A stretch of 59,242 nt of DNA, counting the filler, from Platydemus manokwari (lineage: Eukaryota), in the NCBI GenBank assembly GCA_037951405.1. It is 5 parts of 5 records of this genome, joined end to end, with 100 filler letters (N's around TTAATTAATTAA, not from the genome) between each part and the next. Parts side by side here need not be neighbours in the genome. Positions count along the whole stretch, not along the records: positions 9,875 to 22,758 come from JBBMOY011926939.1; positions 22,859 to 34,021 come from JBBMOY010864421.1; 3 more parts are not named here. One strand, 5' to 3'. A program made the position numbers and the translations under genes. Position 1 is the first letter of the stretch. Each line of letters begins with the position of its first letter. The notes under the pieces were generated by a model, which saw nothing but the letters and a program-made list of their open reading frames with translations, was not told where the DNA came from and searched no databases. Shown here piece after piece: positions 12,901-26,079 of the stretch.

Positions 12901-15313
12901 TAAGTTCTCTTACAACTTTAGGATAACAATCAATCTTAACAGTAATTACTTGACCTCATAGAATTGTTTTTAGAAGATTTTTCTTACAAACAATGCTTCT
13001 CGATGATATGGTTCAACTACTGTGTTTGCTTAACGCTAGTACCGTAGCTGTTTGATAGCGAAACGGTTACGCCTTAAATGCATGTTATTTCTGCGTGGCC
13101 ATGTAACAGCTTTATCAGTTTAATTTATTGTTAACCGCGTATTTTGCCCTTTTTATTATTTTTTGCTATTTTTCGTTTAACCATTATTGTTATTTAATAA
13201 TTAACGATTGTTCCATGACAACCTTTTCTTATTAAAATACAAGTCAATGTTAAATAAAGGTTTTTCCACATTAATAAATTAAATCATTATAAATTAAACA
13301 TGTTATAATTATAATAAACACATAATAATTAACTCAGTACAGTTTAAACTATTAAAGAAAATACATAGAATACGAATAAGTCGGTATAAGTTATTATTTC
13401 ATCACGAAAATTATTATTGCTATTGCTGTTGTTCAATGTTGATTTCTATTTGCTGTCCTATTCTGCCGTTTGATTGCTAATGCGATCGAGCAATTTATAT
13501 ATTTAAAAAGTAATACATGATTTGGTATTAGGGGATAACGTGTTGTATTTTTTATGATGTATAAATTATTTTTGGGACCATCTCCCCAAATAATAAATAC
13601 ATTTGCTTTTTTACTAATTTTGAAAATTATCATTGGTCTTGGTATTGAAGATATAATTTTTTATTGATTTTTTCAAATTTGTATGCGAGATCTTTTGAAA
13701 TGTATCTATAATTTGAAAAGTTTTAGTTTTAATTTGATTTTAAAGAATATAAATGACTTTTCCAACAATAAAATTTTACTAGTTCAGTGATGACATCTAA
13801 AAAGTCATCAATTAAAAACTTCAATAAATTATTTAGAAAGTTATTTTCATTTTATTAGATATTTTTAAATTACCATCAAGACCTAAAAATATCATCTAAT
13901 TAAATTTTTTGTGGATTTTATATCGAAAATCGATCTTTTGGGATTTGTTTATTTTTAATTTTATTTCGTATCTTTAATACTTCAAAAAAAAATAATTTTA
14001 TGACAAAATTTATGAGACACTAAAAGAAACTAAACGACCATCTTGTCGACAGGGATAGTAAAACACAATGAATCCTATTGCAATACCGGATATTTTCCCT
14101 AATTGAATCACTAACGTAAAGGGAATTTAAAATAGCCTCTTGGTTGATTTTATCAACTCTATTTCAGTGATGATGAGAATAGACTCGTTTGAGGCTAATT
14201 ATAGTTTGTCGGTGACAGTCGATTTCTATGGATGTTACTTTTTATATTGAAATTGATGAGATGTTTTTATATTTCAATATTCTTAATTATATTTGAAGTC
14301 CCAATTTCCGCTTTAGACATTTCATAGAAAATATTTGCGCATCGATGTGTGATTGAGTAAAAAAAATTTAACATGAAGCATATATAAAACATGCAATCAT
14401 CTTATTAGACAATTATATGCCCACCTTTTTATTATTTTTATCCCGTTGTGAAGAAATATTTTTAAAGATTTTTCAAAGTTTTGAATGGACTTCTGTAAAT
14501 AGGCTCAATTAAAGTCCAATTTACGAACAAATATGATTAAAACAATTAACTACCTTTAAACTCTTATTAAAACTTGATATCAGGTTTTCAAAAAGATTAT
14601 TATTACTATAAATTACTATGCTTAATCCGACAATATTCAAATAACCGTTTATCTAAACGTATATTTTACCGAAATAGGTTGATGGTTCATCACTTTCATG
14701 TTCTGCCACGATAGTGACGATTCTGTACTCCTGGTAAATGAAAGCACTTTAGCTTTTTTTCCAACTAGCCTTTCAAAAAATAATTCAACAATCAAATTAA
14801 ACTCAATCACACGTAAACAACTTGTTCGGTAAATCTTTTTTTATTAATTAAACTATTGGACATGGTTTAATCCACCGGAAAAGTGGATACAAAAAGATGA
14901 TTATTTTAAAAAATGTCGATTTTACAATAAGAATTATTTTTCTTGATTCTTTTACACAGAAAGAATACATTTATAATTTAACAGTAAAATATGATTTAAT
15001 AAGACAATATTTTCCCTGATATAAATATTTTGACCAAAATTGAAAAGTGTTTGCTGGTTAGATCTCATTGACAGTAATTCCAATTAATAGTAAATCCCAG
15101 TGAAAGCAAGCCCCAGAACTCTTGATTGCAATCATATTAAATATGATAATTATCGCATGGTGTTTTCATTCGATGAAAATATATTAGAAGTTATATCTTG
15201 AAAACATTAATTTCATTAATGAGTATTTTAGGCTACAATAGTATGAAATATTATGATGTCAAAATATTATAATTGATAATAATAATATTAATAATTATAA
15301 TAGTAATAATAAT

Positions 15314-15915
15314 TGTAAGCTGTTACTTTTTTAAAATGCACACATTGAAAGCGAGCTGAAAAGTCCCGACACCAAATTATCTTTCACTTAAAATGATTCA
15401 AACAAATTATTCTTTTATGAAAATACAATTTTAAAATTGATCAAATTTCATCTTATAATAAATCCCCACATGACATTTTGTTTAAAACCTTTGATTTTCT
15501 AAATTTTTGAGTATCTCTGTATCAAATCTATAGATAAAATTCTCCATATTATAATTTATATTTCTTCTGTACTTTATATAATCTCTATATGTTCTTTATA
15601 ACATATCCATCTCTTCTTTATATCTTCACTTTTTCGCCGTTAAATATTCTCTAAAACTTTGCTATATCTTCTTTACATCTTTTCTATATCTTCCTTTTTC
15701 TCTACTATATGTTCATGCCAGAGACATTATCATAATAGAATCCAAATGTGTAGTCGCCATGTAAGCCGCTGCTAGTTTAAAAAGCACGCATTGAAAACTA
15801 ACTGAAAAGTCACGACACCAAATTATCTTTTAATTACAATGATTCAAACAAATTATTCTTTTATGAAAATACAATTTTAAAATTCTTCAAATTTTATTTT
15901 GTAATAAATCCTCAC

Positions 15916-15916
<1 letters not shown>
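15314..15916 (-). mobile_element. TRIM-like miniature non-autonomous LTR retrotransposon, copy 1
   Basis: Two 157-bp direct repeats (15314-15470, 15760-15916), each TGT...ACA. The reverse complement of 15751-15759 is TGGCGACTA (PBS), directly adjacent to the 5' LTR. The interior is non-coding and purine-rich on the minus strand. ATAAT lies on both flanks, within an (AAT)n tract. Confidence 0.8.

Positions 15917-15963
<47 letters not shown>
15917..15963 (+). repeat. (AAT)n microsatellite flanking TRIM copy 1
   Basis: Direct reading. Confidence 0.95.
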
Positions 15964-16521
15964 TTTGATATAATTCGCAAAAGGAAACTCCCTAGCGCAT
16001 TCAAAACACCTTTTTTTTAATTATTGGCGATTTTTGATTTATTTCAGCTTAATGTACTTTTAAATATATTTTGTTTTCATTTATTCACTCCACTGCACAT
16101 TTGGAAATTACTCATTTTAAATTTGTTTGTCTTTGTTTTACTTTATAATTTATTTATTTTCTTCGTTATGATTTGTATTTTTGATATTTATCAAGTTTTC
16201 GATATTAAAAGTATAATTACAACCATGATTCATTAACGATAATTTTCTTATTTCTTTTTATTTATTTATTATTAATTAATATTTTAAGTGCTACGAATAA
16301 TCGTTCCCCACTACATCAATAAAACATTTTCATCAGTATCTCTATTTGAACTGGTCTCTGTCACTTGTTTTTCACAATAATGATTGATCAGGTGCAGTGT
16401 TTATAGTTATCCGGAACGATATTTGATAAATTTTTGTACTCCTACATCAATGAATTATTTATCTCTATGGCAATGAGAATCTTTATTTATTATACTTTAA
16501 TATTATAGTTTTTGTTATTAA

Positions 16522-16799
16522 CATGTTGACGGACAGTAGGAACAAATGAAGTCCGAAATTTAACACTATATGTGCGTACTTAAGCTGCAAGTCGTGTAAT
16601 AAGTGGAAAACAAAAGTCAACCAAAAGAATAGTTTCCAAAACATGACACTAGTCTTCTATTTGTACGACGGTAAATGCACATTTGTGCAGCTATAGCCGC
16701 ATTGTCCAAAAAAACCGTTTCGTTTTAGACGGCTATTGCTGTCATGCCACACAGTGAACTTCGCTTTGACGGTTTAAGACCCAAGTGTCCGTCGACGTG
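16522..16799. mobile_element. piggyBac-type MITE (278 bp) with TTAA target-site duplication
   Basis: TTAA (16518-16521) + CATGTTGACGGACA ... TGTCCGTCGACGTG + TTAA (16800-16803). The 14-bp TIRs have 2 mismatches. Non-coding. Confidence 0.8.
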
Positions 16800-18379
16800 T
16801 TAACAAGGATGATTCGTTTTGTTCGAGTACTCGAAACAAGAACCGATAATCAAATATTTCCAGTCTATTATAATGTGATTGATTATCGCGTGATCGATAC
16901 ATTTAAATTACTGACCAGCTATAAGTGTGTGCCTTAAAATTTAAATTTAATTATGAAACAAATAATTAAAAATGAAAAGTATTTTAAAGGCATAATTTTA
17001 TATTTATAAATCGTAACAAAAAATAATAAATCAGACATTTGATCGATTTCTAAGCGGACATTTTATTGGTCCATATTTTCTGTTTTTCAATATCCAACGG
17101 ATGCGGTATTCCAGATCTAGAATTGTAATAGAAATTCGATAAAAATTCGGATCCATAATTTCATTAAATCTTTCAAATTCAATAAAATGATTTAAAAAAT
17201 TTAAAATAAAATGTTCGCGTTTTAGTGTTGACTTCTCTGCCACATAATAATGCTAATAAAAACTCCATTTTATATAATAACATATCATTCTCATATCGAT
17301 ATTCGACTAATATCACTAAAACGTTTTTATAGTACTTTAAAAATCGTGGGCAAGTTGGATTGGCTAGTGTTCTAACAAACCAATACAATGTGATTTACAT
17401 AAGACAACTAAAATAAACTCACGATTTCAGCTTGATTAATAATCGTTGACAATAAAACCATTACTAGTTATAAGTGAATCTTGATATCTCATTTCCTTCT
17501 TTTCAGTTTCGAAATAATTTAATGAATTTTTAAATAATTTTCATCAGTATTTTAGTGAATCGATTTAATATCATGGTACGGGTGGATATACATATTTACT
17601 TCGACTGTGTAAATATTGGAAATAATCTACTTGCTTGGTATTTAGAACAATAAGAAACGATAAAAAATCATGAGACGCCTGTTCGTGATTAATAAATTAT
17701 TTAAGTATATTTTCATAATATAAGAACTATGTCAGTGCGTTTGTGAAGATCATAGAAAAATCAACAATATCAACATAAGTGTCGCCTCATCTATCAATAT
17801 GTAACAATTGCTTTCCGGTGATTGAACCTTTTATTGTTTTCCATTTTGGGACCATTTTCCATCATTGATTTGATTATATTTTTGAACTCTTATTGAAGTG
17901 TGGGCTGTTTTCCTTTGTAAAGTGGCTCCTAGGTTTACTGTAGATTGCGACTGCTTACTTATATCAACAATTTGGAAGCTTCAATTAATAAGAATTCCTA
18001 ATATTATCATATACTTATAACAGACTAGTTCTGATTTTCTGCTTGTATATTTGGTCTCAAATTGTAAAATTATTCTCATAAATGGTTGAAAGTTGAGACA
18101 GGATATTGAAAAAATATATAACAAAATTATCTATAAATATTTGATAGTATTTTAGGTTGTAACCCAGATAACTTCTAAACCTATGATAATTTTACATATA
18201 ATTGTATTGAAATAACTCAAAATTGTGTTTACTTTTGGTTAGGTTTTGAGCTCAAACAAGTGTTTATTGTTAAAATTACAAGATCATTACAATTAAAAGA
18301 TTTTGTACGCTATGCTCTCTAAACTCTACCGAATTGATTTTACTATTAAAAATTAATAAAATACAAAATATGGTCATCT

Positions 18380-18620
18380 AATGTAGCCGAAACCGGATAA
18401 TATCACTTTATTCAAAAATGGTTTAAATTTTTGCTAGCGATTACTAGCAATTTATTTTAATTTTTATCGATTAATGTTCAAATAGCGTTTACATGAAACC
18501 CTCATCCACTTCAGCCTTCAAGGATTTCTTTTGAATTATTCCAAATACTACTTCTTTACAACCATAGTACTTTTATACAAGGTACAATTTACTCATCAGC
18601 TGGAAGAAGCAGTATGCTGT
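18380..18620 (+). mobile_element. Gypsy RT C-terminal relic
   Basis: PDNITLF and ETLIHFSLQGFLLNYSKYYFF resemble YLDDILIF and L..L...GL.LN..KC.F. Confidence 0.35.
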
Positions 18621-19696
18621 ATTTCACTCTACAGTGCCATCCATTTTCAGGACTGGTTTGTTTAAAAATTTTTGAAATGATTAAATTTAGTTTAAAGTAA
18701 ATTTAATTGGTTAGATTGATGAGTAAAGGCATCATGTAATTTACAAAACAACCTCATTAAAATTTATAAAAAATTAATAAAGTTAGATTGATAGCTAGAA
18801 TTCTACTAATTCACTATCGAACCATTTTCTTACCATTATAAATTTTATAAATAATTAATCTAAGTTGTCAAGATCAATACAGAACATAGTAAATAATAAG
18901 ATCGAATATCCGCTTCTAAATTAATAATTAACACGAATTTCAATAACTCATTAATTTCGAAGACATAGGGTTCCATTCGATATTCGAAATGATGGGTAAA
19001 CTAATAAGAGAAACCTAATTGCCATCACAGCATATGTTAACTGGTAGCGGGTACGAATTTTGAAGCTCTGAAATCTTATCTCGTGTCGATGCATTAAAGT
19101 AATAAACTAATATTCTGATTAATACCATATTCAGAATCCCAATGTTGTTCAAAGTAATTTGAAAAATAGTATTGTGGTCAAGTACAAAAATTGCTACTGG
19201 ATAGTCAAATAGAATCATGTGTGATTTAAAAGGTTTTGCTTGTTCTTTTCTGTTAGCGGTAGCTATATCATTCAAATTATTGGAATTAATTAAATGAGTC
19301 ATTAAAAATGCAGTAGAATAGATTTCGAATACACAAATTATTTAACAAATGTTCTAGTTATCAAAACATAACCAATAGTTGGTTTAAATAATGTATGCCT
19401 TGATTAAAATAATTTTAAATTTAAAAATGTTTTGAATTATTTAAATTCTTTTAAAAATTAAAATTAAATATTTGATTTTCAAAATTAATATCCAATGTTT
19501 AATCTTTAAAATCATTAATCCACAATTTCGATCAGATTTTTAATTAAATTTAAATTTATTTGTTGAGTATTGATTATCACATGTAAACACCTAAAAATCT
19601 TATTGATGTAAAATTGGCATTTCATGTTCAATTTATTTTACTGAAAAGAAATAAAATATTACTTTCGATCTCACAAATAACAAAACATTAACGTAA

Positions 19697-20189
19697 TTAC
19701 TTGATTGGTTTGTCGATATCATCTTCACAAGAATATTTATTCATCCCATTTAGCTTTTTGTTGAGTTGTTGTGTTTTCTCTAGATTCGTCATAATGTGTC
19801 TCGACATATGAGGTACCATTTGTAAAAGTCCTGGAATACAAAACCCTTTACTTTGCTGAAGAGCTTGTAATTTGGCTTGTGCTTTGATTTGATAATCTAA
19901 ACCCGAATAATATTAAAGTTTTCTCAACATATTTCCTTTGTAACGGATTCAATTATTCAATGATGTTATCAAAACCATTGACTAAAACTAATTGTAGGAG
20001 AAATACTACATGTGCTTGTAAAAAGTGGACTTGAGTTCTAATTAACAAATAAATGATTTATGTAATTGAGAATTTTATGTCCTGCCCGATACTTATAAAT
20101 GGAAAGGAGTATGAGATCGATCTATCGGTGAACTAACTTATGAAACTGTTAATGATTTTTTCGTCGAGCTCTTTTTTTACTCTTTCAAT

Positions 20190-20241
<52 letters not shown>

Positions 20242-21858
20242 GTAGTAATAATAAAAGTAATAATAATAGTAATAATAATAGTCATCATCATAAATCAATA
20301 CCATTACATAACCAATCAAAATATTCATACCTGATAATACATTTATTTTCAATTTTGTTTGCATTTGATTTTTATCTTTCAATTCAGGTGACAATCGATT
20401 TATGGCTGAAGCGTTTTTCGTTGCAATAGACATACTGGGAGAACGCAGTGATTCATATCTGGTAGATATTCTTGATGGCCTTTCCAATCCACTTACTGAC
20501 GACGCACGACTAAAATGTTTAGCAATTCATCAAAATCCCGACAAATTATTTGTTTTCACCTATCGGTTTCTTCATAATCAAGAGCGTCTAATAGGCATTT
20601 TAATTTCTCTTCTGCTGCCATTCGAGTTTGCAAATCACCCCATTCCTTGATGTCTTGGCTTGACATTTCAATTTTGATAGTTTGAGATGAAGCCTGTTTT
20701 GACATGCTCTGTTTAGATGTTACCGTTGATTTTGCGGAACAAGTTGTTGCAGTAGAAGGAAGATTTTGTAACAGTTCTTTCAGTTGATTAACAGCTTCAA
20801 TGAGTCCTTTTCTAGCTTGCTGAGTGTTGTCTTTTATTTCTTCCAGCTGTCGCTCTAATGATGATATTTGATCGGCAAGAGAATTGTTATTATTCTCCAT
20901 GATCTAACATCAAACCCAAAGAAAGTGAAATAATAATCTTTTTCTTTTTCTTACCTGAATTTCATTTCTTTTCTTTTCCATATCGATTTTCATGTTTTCA
21001 TTTTCATCAGCCATTGCCTGAATGATTTCAGTTTCCTTCTTATAGATTTCCATAATATCTTTCTGCTCTTGGTCTTTGATAATTAACAAATGAAGAAGCT
21101 AAAATTCGATAAAAGATCATCACACAAAATATATAAATCAACATAAAATATAGCGGGAAAAAATGAAATGAATTAGATTTATTATGGATATTATTATGCT
21201 AGTAAACGATAGAGAGCTTTAGATTCATCAATGGCTTCTATTTCTCATCTGCCTTGTATTTCATTCAAAAAATCCCATTAACTGGGAGTATGACAATAAC
21301 ACCAAATTATTGTGGAAATAATCAGGGTAAGAAGTTGTTTTTATCAATCTATTGAAAACAAATCCATTGGATTACTTTGGTGTGTGACAAATTTTTGCTT
21401 GCTAACTCCGTACACGTTTGGTCAAGCTCTTTAATTCGACAAAATGATGTTTTCACTTTCGCTTTCAATTGATCATTTTCTTGCATCAATTCAATATTTT
21501 TATCGTCCATTTTCGTCAGTTGAGTTCGAATAGAAACGTTTTCTCGTATCGTTCGTTTCGTGGTGTCGGATGTCTGTTTTTGAGAAATTTTCCGGAAATC
21601 TGCTGCCACCTGCAAAGTAAATGAATTAAAATAAACCAGATGATAAACGAATGTTGGATTCGTTCTTTACCGAATTGATTCTTGCTACGATTTCTTTCTT
21701 CAATCGATCGTGTTGGTTTGCACATTTCATTTGGATTGATTCGAGAATCTTTTCATGGTCGGCTTTTTTATCGGCCAACACCTGTTCAAGTTGGGCATAC
21801 TCTTCGAGATATTTTTCTTTTTGATTTTTAAATTCTTCCAGGGCGGCTAATTTGGCAC
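19697..21858 (-). CDS. CFAP157: Cilia- and flagella-associated protein 157-like, 5'-partial
   Basis: Phase-consistent exons 21858-21671, 21609-21376, 21098-20955, 20903-20560, 20509-20331 and 19896-19697. AKLAALEEFKNQKE..DRLKKEIVARINSVAADFRKISQKQTSDTTKRTIREN matches the CFAP157 core. No upstream exons were found before the linker at 22759. The last exon and stop are less certain. Confidence 0.85.
20192..20280 (+). repeat. (AAT)n microsatellite in a CFAP157 intron
   Basis: Direct reading. It generates the spurious poly-Ile and poly-Tyr ORFs. Confidence 0.95.
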
Positions 21859-22758
21859 CTAATTGAGAGTTATTTATTAATAAAAACTTTTAATATTGAT
21901 ACAATGGGAAAATCCTATTGATGTTTATTTGGAAATAACACCTAAGAGTTTAATTTCATTTATTATATTCAAAATTAATAGCTAGAAAATCGAATATTTA
22001 AAATAAATGGCTATGGGGCGATTCTTACCCTTGTGTTAATAGATTTTTTAGAAATTTGGAATATTTTCTAAAATAATTCTATAATATAAAAAAAATAGAA
22101 TTAATAATGTTATATTTTATTTTAACAGAACATATGCAAGAGTTACAAAGGTCCACTGATGAAATCAATGAGAATTTATTAAAGAATTTGTATTTCAAAT
22201 AAGCTTTCTAATAGAATCATCGGGGCTAATTTATCAATATGCTGAATGTGTTTGACATTCAAAAAGCTAATAACGGTCGTACAAATTCTAATAATCACTG
22301 AAAAATCATTGCAGAAAGTGGTAGTGAAAATTTCTTCAGAAATTATTTATGAAATATATAGGAGAAAAACTTTGAGAGCAAAAATTAAATAAGGCGTCAA
22401 TAATTATCTGGATAACTGAGAGAGCTTTACATTGATGATAGAATGCTTATTAGAAGATATTGAAACAATCTTTTAATCTTTTTTTATCAGATAATATCTT
22501 CCAAAAATATTATTTATTTATTTATTCATTACTTGTATCTTGAAATGGATGAATGATTTACGATTAATCAGCTAGTTATTAGCATTATTATTAAAAATAA
22601 TATTTTTAATATTATTTTTAATATAATTAATAATAATAAAATTATTAAATATATTATTATTGCTATTATCGACATTATCATTGTTATTATTGTGATTATT
22701 AAGTAAAAAAAATAAATAATAATAATTATTATTATTATCCACTACTATTATCTTTATT

Positions 22759-22858
22759 NNNNNNNNNNNNNNNNNNNNNNNNNNNNNNNNNNNNNNNNNN
22801 NNTTAATTAATTAANNNNNNNNNNNNNNNNNNNNNNNNNNNNNNNNNNNNNNNNNNNN
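22759..22858. other. Artificial contig linker
   Basis: Same N44-TTAATTAATTAA-N44 structure. Confidence 0.97.
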
Positions 22859-22990
22859 CATCCTTATTGCCACAAGATTTCAAAATACCTTAGAAGTCTC
22901 AAAAACTGTGTCAAAAGCTGACTGTTACAGTGATCATAGATTAGCTATCGGCAAAATAAATATAAAATTAAAGAATAATATACAACAAAT
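22859..22990 (+). mobile_element. LINE (RTE-like) apurinic endonuclease C-terminal fragment at a contig edge
   Basis: ILIATRFQNTLEVSKTVSKADCYSDHRLAIGKINIKLK matches the APE terminal motif ..ADC.SDH.L...K..LKLK. Confidence 0.72.
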
Positions 22991-24479
22991 ATTCATTTTA
23001 AACCTTGACAACGAAGTGTTCCCAAACCACAAGAAGTACATAAGCATATTTATCCTTAATTATTCAAGCCTAGAATCATTACAATAACTTAAATTTTCTA
23101 GTTAATCAACCTATTATTTTAAAGCATTTACTTGATAGAAACATATGGTCCACACGGCTCGGTGGGAATATTCCCTCATTTCGATTTAAATATTTAATTA
23201 TCCTTCAAGGGATTGGTTACTTCTGTAGCAGTGATAAATTGCGTCCATGATCTATAAGCGCAATTCCAAGTGAATTAAAATCGTGAGAAGTATTGCTGTT
23301 AGTGGCGAAGCATGAAAGTTTTTCCATTGGGTTGATATGTTCTCTGTCAGGTGCAAGTTGTTTGAAAAACGTTCTTGTTTGTTTGAATGAGTTTGGAAGT
23401 ATTAGTTGACCTTGCTAATGAATGTAGCAAGATTATGTCCTAGTTTACCGACATATTGAGTTTCATTCATCTATGAGTCATATTAATAAATAAAACTTCT
23501 CAAATCATTGATACATACGATTTTGCCATCACAGTTTAGAATGTATGGCTAAGTAGCTTATCAGAATAAGGTGGTGTCTGTCATTCAAAACGGAAATAGA
23601 TCGTCATAATTGATGAGCATTATTTAAAATAACTTATTACTGGTATAGTTGCATTCGTAACCAGATTGAAATTGTATGTAGTTTCTGTTTCGGAAATATT
23701 AGTGATGTCGTTTATGACGAAATTAGAAGAATTCATCATTTGATATTTATTAGACATTTAGTTTTTTAACTATTTTTTTATTATTAGTTGTAGAGCACAG
23801 CAACAAAAGAAGGATTTAGATAGCTTGAATGGAACACCTAAAGCCAAATTTATTCTTAATGCTCTTCAATGACTTTTGGTAGTTCAGATTTGTCTACTAT
23901 ATTTTCATAAAAATCTTTTTCGACATGATAATAATAAATATTTCTTTCAGTTTTCAAAATAATTTTGAAGAATTTTTAAATCATCTTGACATCGAAAATA
24001 AGTTTAGTATTTGAGAGTCAGGTAATTTAGCAATTAAAAATTAATCCCATATTATTTACCGATATTTATATTTTTGCTTTACTTCTGTTCATTTTTAATA
24101 CCGATACTTAAAATTTACTCATATTTTTTGAAATAAATAACTAATAATTTTAAACTTAAACCATGTGGTTACCCTTAAATGGAACACGTCCTATTAAAAT
24201 TAAGGATCAATAAAATTTAACGATATTTTCTTTTCAATTCTAAACCCGTTTGTGGAGAATTGTTGGAAATATTTAGTATGGGTTGCTTGAAATCGATTGT
24301 CAATGAGTTTATACTTGAGTTTAGTATGGGCTTGCAATTTATTGAAACCATTGTTTATTAAGATTTATAAAACAGCTGTCTCAGAACTTAAGATTGTTTC
24401 AATTATGAAAGTATATCAATAATTGAGACGCTCTAACAAATGGGTTAGTTTAGTTTCTTTGAATTTTTATATTCAAGTT

Positions 24480-24755
24480 TTCGATTTCTGTCAATTATTA
24501 GAAATCCTTTCAGCTAAAAGATTGGGAACTCGTTTGTGTGCAAACTGACTATATTTTAAGAGACGCGAAATACACTTAATCAATTGTTTAAATTTCTTTC
24601 AGATAAACAAATAATCCTAAGCGAATTTTCGTTAGTAATGCTGTTGAAGAATAGATTTTATTTCTATCTTATAAACGGTTTTTCAAATTATGGCTAAATT
24701 TTATTTATTTACTGTTTCCTGGTTTAACTCTTTTCGTTTACCCAGAAGTAGTTAA
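24480..24755 (-). mobile_element. mariner transposase relic (HTH to WVPxxL region)
   Basis: Minus strand reads SGKRKE... and QFAHKRVPNLLAE, resembling RSGRP ... ARWVPxxLT, with multiple stops. Confidence 0.5.
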
Positions 24756-26079
24756 ATAATTAAATGAGAAAATTTATTTCATCAAATTTTGATCTTTTCA
24801 ATGTAATTATTAAGAAATATTTTTTAGAATTTTTTTAAAAATTTTTATTTTTAAGAGAAAACCTCAACATGTATTATTTGATTGATGAATATTATTTTTA
24901 TTATATTTTAATAATTTGTATTCCAACTGAAAACCTTTCCTCACCAAATGGTTTTTTAAATTAGTTCATCACAATGTCGTCGAGTGAATTTACTTATCAC
25001 TTGCGCACTAATTTTCTAGTTCTTACTGATCATCAATTACGATTAGGATCTCAAATCAAGTGTTTTGATAATTCGCTGATTGATTGACTTGAAACCATAG
25101 CAACTCCACTGACATTATCAATCTCTTATCACTCCTTGTGATGATTTGTAGTAATTAGGATTTTGGTTTCATACCTGCCTATCATTCATAAAGTAGAATA
25201 TCGTTCTTCGTTGCTTATTTAATTTTAGTATTAAATTAAGTTTCGAAATAGAATGATATTCATCGAATTATCTAATGTTTCCTTAACATAACTAAAATAT
25301 TACTAAGAGTTATAAATTTGTTAACAAGATACCGACATTTTAGAGATTGTTCAGTCATCACTGAATAAGCTCGAGATCATTTCATATTCCTATTTCTCGA
25401 ATGATTGTAAATGAAGAATTACAGTTTCGAATTACAGTGTAACATGATCACATTGATCTTTCAATTGTTTGCTTTGAATTCAAGAAGTTTGTTTCGATGT
25501 TGATTGTTTTGTCAGTAACCAATTGATTTTCAAAATTAATTCTGACATTTTGAATACATGAAAAATCTACAAAGATAAAACTAATTTTAATAAAAATATT
25601 TAGTATAGATGGAAGTATATTCTAACAAAGTTCCGGAGATGACTGATAGAAATGCGGTGTTGTTTGTTTATTAGATTTCAGATTTAATATTTTGAGAAAA
25701 ATTAGAAATAATAATAAGAAATACTTTTAATGTTTGAAAATAATATTAGGCCGTCCGACAGAACTTTGTCCAATTAAGTAATTAAATATATTTTTCTAAA
25801 TATAATATTCTACACAAATTTTGAAATACAAAGTGAAAAATAATTTTGCAGAAGAAAGAAAATTAAATAATGATAAATAAATTATTATTTGTAATAAATT
25901 TTATATTTATGTCTTTCTTTTTCGTCGAGATGAAAGAGTTCATGTAATTTTGATTCATTGGAAACCTTTCGTATTGTTTAACAAAATTCCTATTTATTTA
26001 AAAAAGATTGATAATAAAATAAATAAATAAGCGCCAATTAAAATATTCAAAAAATTCACAATTGTTTCGGTTTGATAAT

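Noticed and set aside
15738-15830. Spliced-leader RNA gene (GCCAT-GTAAG resembling a flatworm SL donor, in tandem copies)
   Set aside because: There is no ATG-GT junction and no Sm site. The motif is better explained as the reverse-complement PBS abutting an LTR end.
11413-19302. Short hydrophobic or low-complexity ORFs from the track (e.g. 11413, 13433, 16024, 17031, 17179, 19015; likewise 35422, 44677, 45962, 55173, 58543)
   Set aside because: F/I/L/N/K-biased frames expected by chance in very AT-rich DNA, with no motifs and no consistent exon chain.
20140-20334. Poly-Ile (+) ORF and the poly-Tyr tail of the 20191-20487 (-) ORF
   Set aside because: Translations of an intronic (AAT)n microsatellite. 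Only 20331-20509 is a real CFAP157 exon.
9119-21858. Apparent ciliary gene cluster (Chibby + CFAP157)
   Set aside because: The genes are on different contigs separated by an artificial linker, so linkage is unsupported.
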